Part shown: positions 60,866-64,000 of the stretch, one piece after another
Numbering within the stretch: position 1 is the first letter of the stretch
How the letters are laid out: each line of letters starts with the position of its first letter
IMG/VR virus record: IMGVR_UViG_3300025030_000041
Span: 62,001-126,000 of that record
Length of the DNA: 64,000 bases
Reading direction: 5' to 3' (one strand)
Program-made: the position numbers and the translations under genes
The notes under the pieces: model-generated
Told to the model about the DNA's origin: nothing
Databases searched by the model: none
The model's input: only the letters and a program-made list of their open reading frames with translations

Positions 60866-61198
60866 ATGTTAAGTAAATTTAATTTATTCGATTTATTTGG
60901 AGGATTAGAGTTATTTGAAACTCCAGGGTTTTCCTCTCCTGATGAATTATTTAAAGATGTTAAATACCAAAAAGTAGAAGAGTCAGGTGAAGACTCTAAT
61001 TTTTCATGGAGAAGCGAGTCATGGAAAAGTGATACTGGCGAAATCCAGTATTATAAAAAAGTTTATACTACTAAAGGGTTTAAAGAAAAAACACCAGATT
61101 TAAAAGATTTACAAAAAAAATTACAGAGTGCAATAGATACACAGAGATTTGAGGATGCTGCTAAAATAAGAGACCAAATTAAAAGTATAAAGCTTTAA
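60866..61198 (+). CDS. UVR (UvrB/UvrC) motif protein
   Basis: LQSAIDTQRFEDAAKIRDQI. Confidence 0.8.
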   Translation: MLSKFNLFDLFGGLELFETPGFSSPDELFKDVKYQKVEESGEDSNFSWRSESWKSDTGEIQYYKKVYTTKGFKEKTPDLKDLQKKLQSAIDTQRFEDAAKIRDQIKSIKL

Positions 61199-61205
61199 TT
61201 AATTT

Positions 61206-61231
61206 AAATAGGAGGTAAACCCTCCTATTTT
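61206..61231 (+). terminator. intrinsic terminator
   Basis: aaataggagg/cctcctattt plus T run. Confidence 0.8.
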
Positions 61232-61613
61232 TATTTTATATGAAATAAATGATCTATAAAAAATGATATTACTTAATCATTTTTATTCATACACAAATTA
61301 CTATGTTCATTTATGTACATTTTATAAGACTTACTAAAGTAAGTTTTAATATGGGTTGACCATTCACCCTTAGCTATTTTCTTAGCAATATATGTTGCTC
61401 AATTTAAATTCTTAATAATTAATTTTAATTAACTTTTAAAAATTCTATTACTACACTTTTAAACTTTAACTTCTAAAAATGCTATAAATCTACTTATCAT
61501 AAGTTGATTTAATTATAAAGTTATTTATTTAAAATAAATAAATAAAAAAGATAAAGCATTAGCAATATTATCTTTTATAATCTTATAGTAAAAAATATCA
61601 TAGTTAAGATTAA

Positions 61614-62345
61614 ATGACATTAGAAGCTTTAATTCAGGATGTACAGAATGAATTAACATATAGTTGTTCTTTACCTAGTAGTCTTCCACCTACTGAAATA
61701 AAAAGAATAATTGATAGAACTGCAAATTGGTTCTATGATAATTATTCTAGGGCAGTTGAGAGACGTTATTTATATTTGCCATTAAGTATATTTAAAAATC
61801 CTGCATTTAAAGAATTTAGAGAAATTAAATTGCCTGATTGTATAAGATACCTCGGAGAATTAAGAGAAATTAGAGGTGGCAGTATTTTTGGAACTTATGA
61901 TAAGGATTTTAGTACTACAAAATTTATAGGGTCTGAGGTTTTTCTTAATATAGGAGCAGGAGAAGGACTAGTTAATCGTACTATAATGTTTAGTTTTTTA
62001 GATTTAGCAAAAAGCTATATTCTTGAAACAATTTCTTTTAATTATAATAAAAATACTCATAAATTATTTATAATGGGGCATACCCCAAAATTAGACGTAG
62101 TAGCCTTAGTATTTAAAGAAATAGAAAGAGAAGCACTATACTCAGACGACTATTTTCAAAGATGGGTAAGAGCTGACGCTAAAATTAGATTAGGCAATAT
62201 GCTTGGTACATACGAGTATTCTCTCGCGGGCGGGATAAAACTTAACGTGGATAGATTTATTGCAATAGGAGAAAAAGAATTACAAGAAGTAAAAGAAGCT
62301 ATAAAAACTGAAAATAGTCCATCTTTTATGTTTTTTAGTTATTAA
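61614..62345 (+). CDS. neck protein (T4 gp13-like)
   Basis: C-terminal WVRADAK...LAGGIKLNVDRFI...E pattern. Confidence 0.7.
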   Translation: MTLEALIQDVQNELTYSCSLPSSLPPTEIKRIIDRTANWFYDNYSRAVERRYLYLPLSIFKNPAFKEFREIKLPDCIRYLGELREIRGGSIFGTYDKDFSTTKFIGSEVFLNIGAGEGLVNRTIMFSFLDLAKSYILETISFNYNKNTHKLFIMGHTPKLDVVALVFKEIEREALYSDDYFQRWVRADAKIRLGNMLGTYEYSLAGGIKLNVDRFIAIGEKELQEVKEAIKTENSPSFMFFSY

Positions 62346-62346
62346 A

Positions 62347-62796
62347 ATGAAAATGAAATATTTTTTAGTCATACTTGTTTTTTTATTTTTAAATTTAGTA
62401 TCGTATTCTCAAATTAAACAATATAGTAATACATACCGAGCTTTATTTCCAAATAATTCGAGTGGGTATAACTGGCAGTTAATTGGAAATGTATGTCAAG
62501 GGTGTGGAGCAGGTTATATTGGTATTGAAAGGAGTCAATTTACAAATAGCTTTGGAAATTATCAATATATAGTATATTTGTACACTTCGTCGTTTAATAA
62601 TAATAACCAATTATCATATACTTATTTTAATAAAGTTAAAGTTTATGCATTATTTAATAATCAATGGATAGCCTTAGATAATAATTTACCGTTTGATATG
62701 ATAGTTGGAAGTCAACCAACTATAGCATATACATTATTTAGTCCGTCGTCTTTACAATATATTTTGGTTACAATTGAAACAATAACACCTTATTAA
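62347..62796 (+). CDS. secreted hypothetical protein
   Basis: Signal peptide ending SYSQ. Confidence 0.65.
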   Translation: MKMKYFLVILVFLFLNLVSYSQIKQYSNTYRALFPNNSSGYNWQLIGNVCQGCGAGYIGIERSQFTNSFGNYQYIVYLYTSSFNNNNQLSYTYFNKVKVYALFNNQWIALDNNLPFDMIVGSQPTIAYTLFSPSSLQYILVTIETITPY

Positions 62797-63048
62797 ATGG
62801 CAAAGAAATTATCTGAAAATAGTACAATAGTAATTCATTTAAACATAAAGACTATGCTATATATATTAGGTGTATTAATTTCAGTATATAGTGTTGGATT
62901 TTATTTTTTAAATAATAAATTAATTGATGTAAATAAGTCAGTTGACCAACTTAAAAAGGAAGACATAGAAATTTTAAAAACTTCTATGAATAGAACAGAA
63001 GGCCAATTACAAATTTTAATTAAGTACGTAGATAAAAAAACAAAATAA
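62797..63048 (+). CDS. small membrane protein
   Basis: TM helix plus coiled coil. Confidence 0.6.
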   Translation: MAKKLSENSTIVIHLNIKTMLYILGVLISVYSVGFYFLNNKLIDVNKSVDQLKKEDIEILKTSMNRTEGQLQILIKYVDKKTK

Positions 63049-63060
63049 TATTTTATAAAA

Positions 63061-63783
63061 ATGGATAAAATAAAAGGCGGAAAATCTGATAATATGAATC
63101 AAGATGATATTGCAAAAATGCATAAAGTTGAGGTAAACCATATTTTAAATCAGCTTGAACTAGGTATTCAAGTTGAGTTTGAGCATACTAATGATTATTA
63201 TCTTGCAAAAGAAATAGCATTAGACCATCTTTATGAAAATCCAAACTATTATACTGAAAGTAGGCCAAACAAGTGGGCAGAACAAGAATTAAAAAAAGAA
63301 AAAGTTTATGAATATGTAAAAACTTTCTCCCAATTTGTTAAAGAAAATGAAAATTCTTATATAAATATTCCAAATAATTTTAAATCAAGATTAGATATTG
63401 AGAAGAAAAAGTCAGAAGGCTATTTAAAAAGTCCTATTGAATATAAATTAAAAATAAAAATACTATCTGATTTTAATTATGCTTATAATAGATTTTTAGA
63501 AACTTTAGAATATAAACAAATATATGATGAAAATTCTAATGAAGCTGAAACTATTTTTAATAGTGACTTTAAAAATATTATATTAGATAGTTTAAAATCT
63601 ACATATTATTATTTTAGTCAAGGTAAATTTACAGATTTAAATAAAATCACGTTTGACGAATTTATAAGCATTTTTAATAGCGAATTAGATAAATTTAAGT
63701 ATACGGATTTTATAGAAAATACTAAAAACAGAATTAAATTAGCTGAAGATGTATCTAATTTAGTAAGTAATAAATTAAAATAA
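63061..63783 (+). CDS. DUF5661-like phage protein
   Basis: GIQVEFEHT...AKEIALDHLYENPNYY. Confidence 0.7.
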   Translation: MDKIKGGKSDNMNQDDIAKMHKVEVNHILNQLELGIQVEFEHTNDYYLAKEIALDHLYENPNYYTESRPNKWAEQELKKEKVYEYVKTFSQFVKENENSYINIPNNFKSRLDIEKKKSEGYLKSPIEYKLKIKILSDFNYAYNRFLETLEYKQIYDENSNEAETIFNSDFKNIILDSLKSTYYYFSQGKFTDLNKITFDEFISIFNSELDKFKYTDFIENTKNRIKLAEDVSNLVSNKLK

Positions 63784-63791
63784 ATAATTAC

Positions 63792-64000
63792 ATGTTAAGA
63801 GAACTCCCATTTAGAGATGAATTAGACCCCAATTATTTAGTAGATCATGTTGAAATAAATGACGACGTTGAAGCTCTTATATATCAACTGCAAAGCATTA
63901 TGCTAACTAGCAAAGGAGAAGTCTTAGGAGCGTCAGACTTTGGAGCAAACTTAGAAGACTTATTATTTACGTTTAATGCTAATGAATTTACAATTAATAC
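63792..64000 (+). CDS. gp25-like baseplate protein (partial, runs off window)
   Basis: MLTSKGEVLGASDFGANLEDLLF. Confidence 0.65.
   Translation, partial: MLRELPFRDELDPNYLVDHVEINDDVEALIYQLQSIMLTSKGEVLGASDFGANLEDLLFTFNANEFTIN

Overview
Very AT-rich, gene-dense segment of a large T4-like (myovirus-type, probably jumbo) phage genome, read with the standard code. TAnnTTTG promoter boxes, an Hc1-like protein and a stand-alone PolB-type exonuclease point to a Bacteroidota host. Core genes: gp23-like major capsid protein, gp21-like prohead protease fused to a repeat scaffold, gp6-like baseplate wedge, gp13-like neck, partial gp25-like protein, the C-terminal half of a split family-B DNA polymerase with a mini-intein, clamp loader, 5'-3' exonuclease, sigma factor, Dam, DnaJ, MoxR/VWA pair, holin and GH73 hydrolase. 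The main finding is an integron-like cassette system. A tyrosine recombinase (15341-16156) with no IntI-specific insertion sits at the end of an array of small-ORF cassettes. Each cassette has the form TAAC-N5/6-arm...arm'-N2-GTTA-body-TAAC, with G.T-biased folding on the coding strand. The ORFs are transcribed toward the integrase and often translate through the site. A promoter-only cassette occurs in 5 full or near-full copies, and 3 further solo arrays are present, two ending in an attI-like site plus a short possible integrase stub. Other finds: an MKHIKLFEQF capsid-targeting-like leader on a dispersed LRR paralog family, a candidate -1 frameshift in a nucleotidyltransferase, and a cheR-like host gene fragment at an array edge. 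All calls come from reading motifs by eye; no database searches were run.
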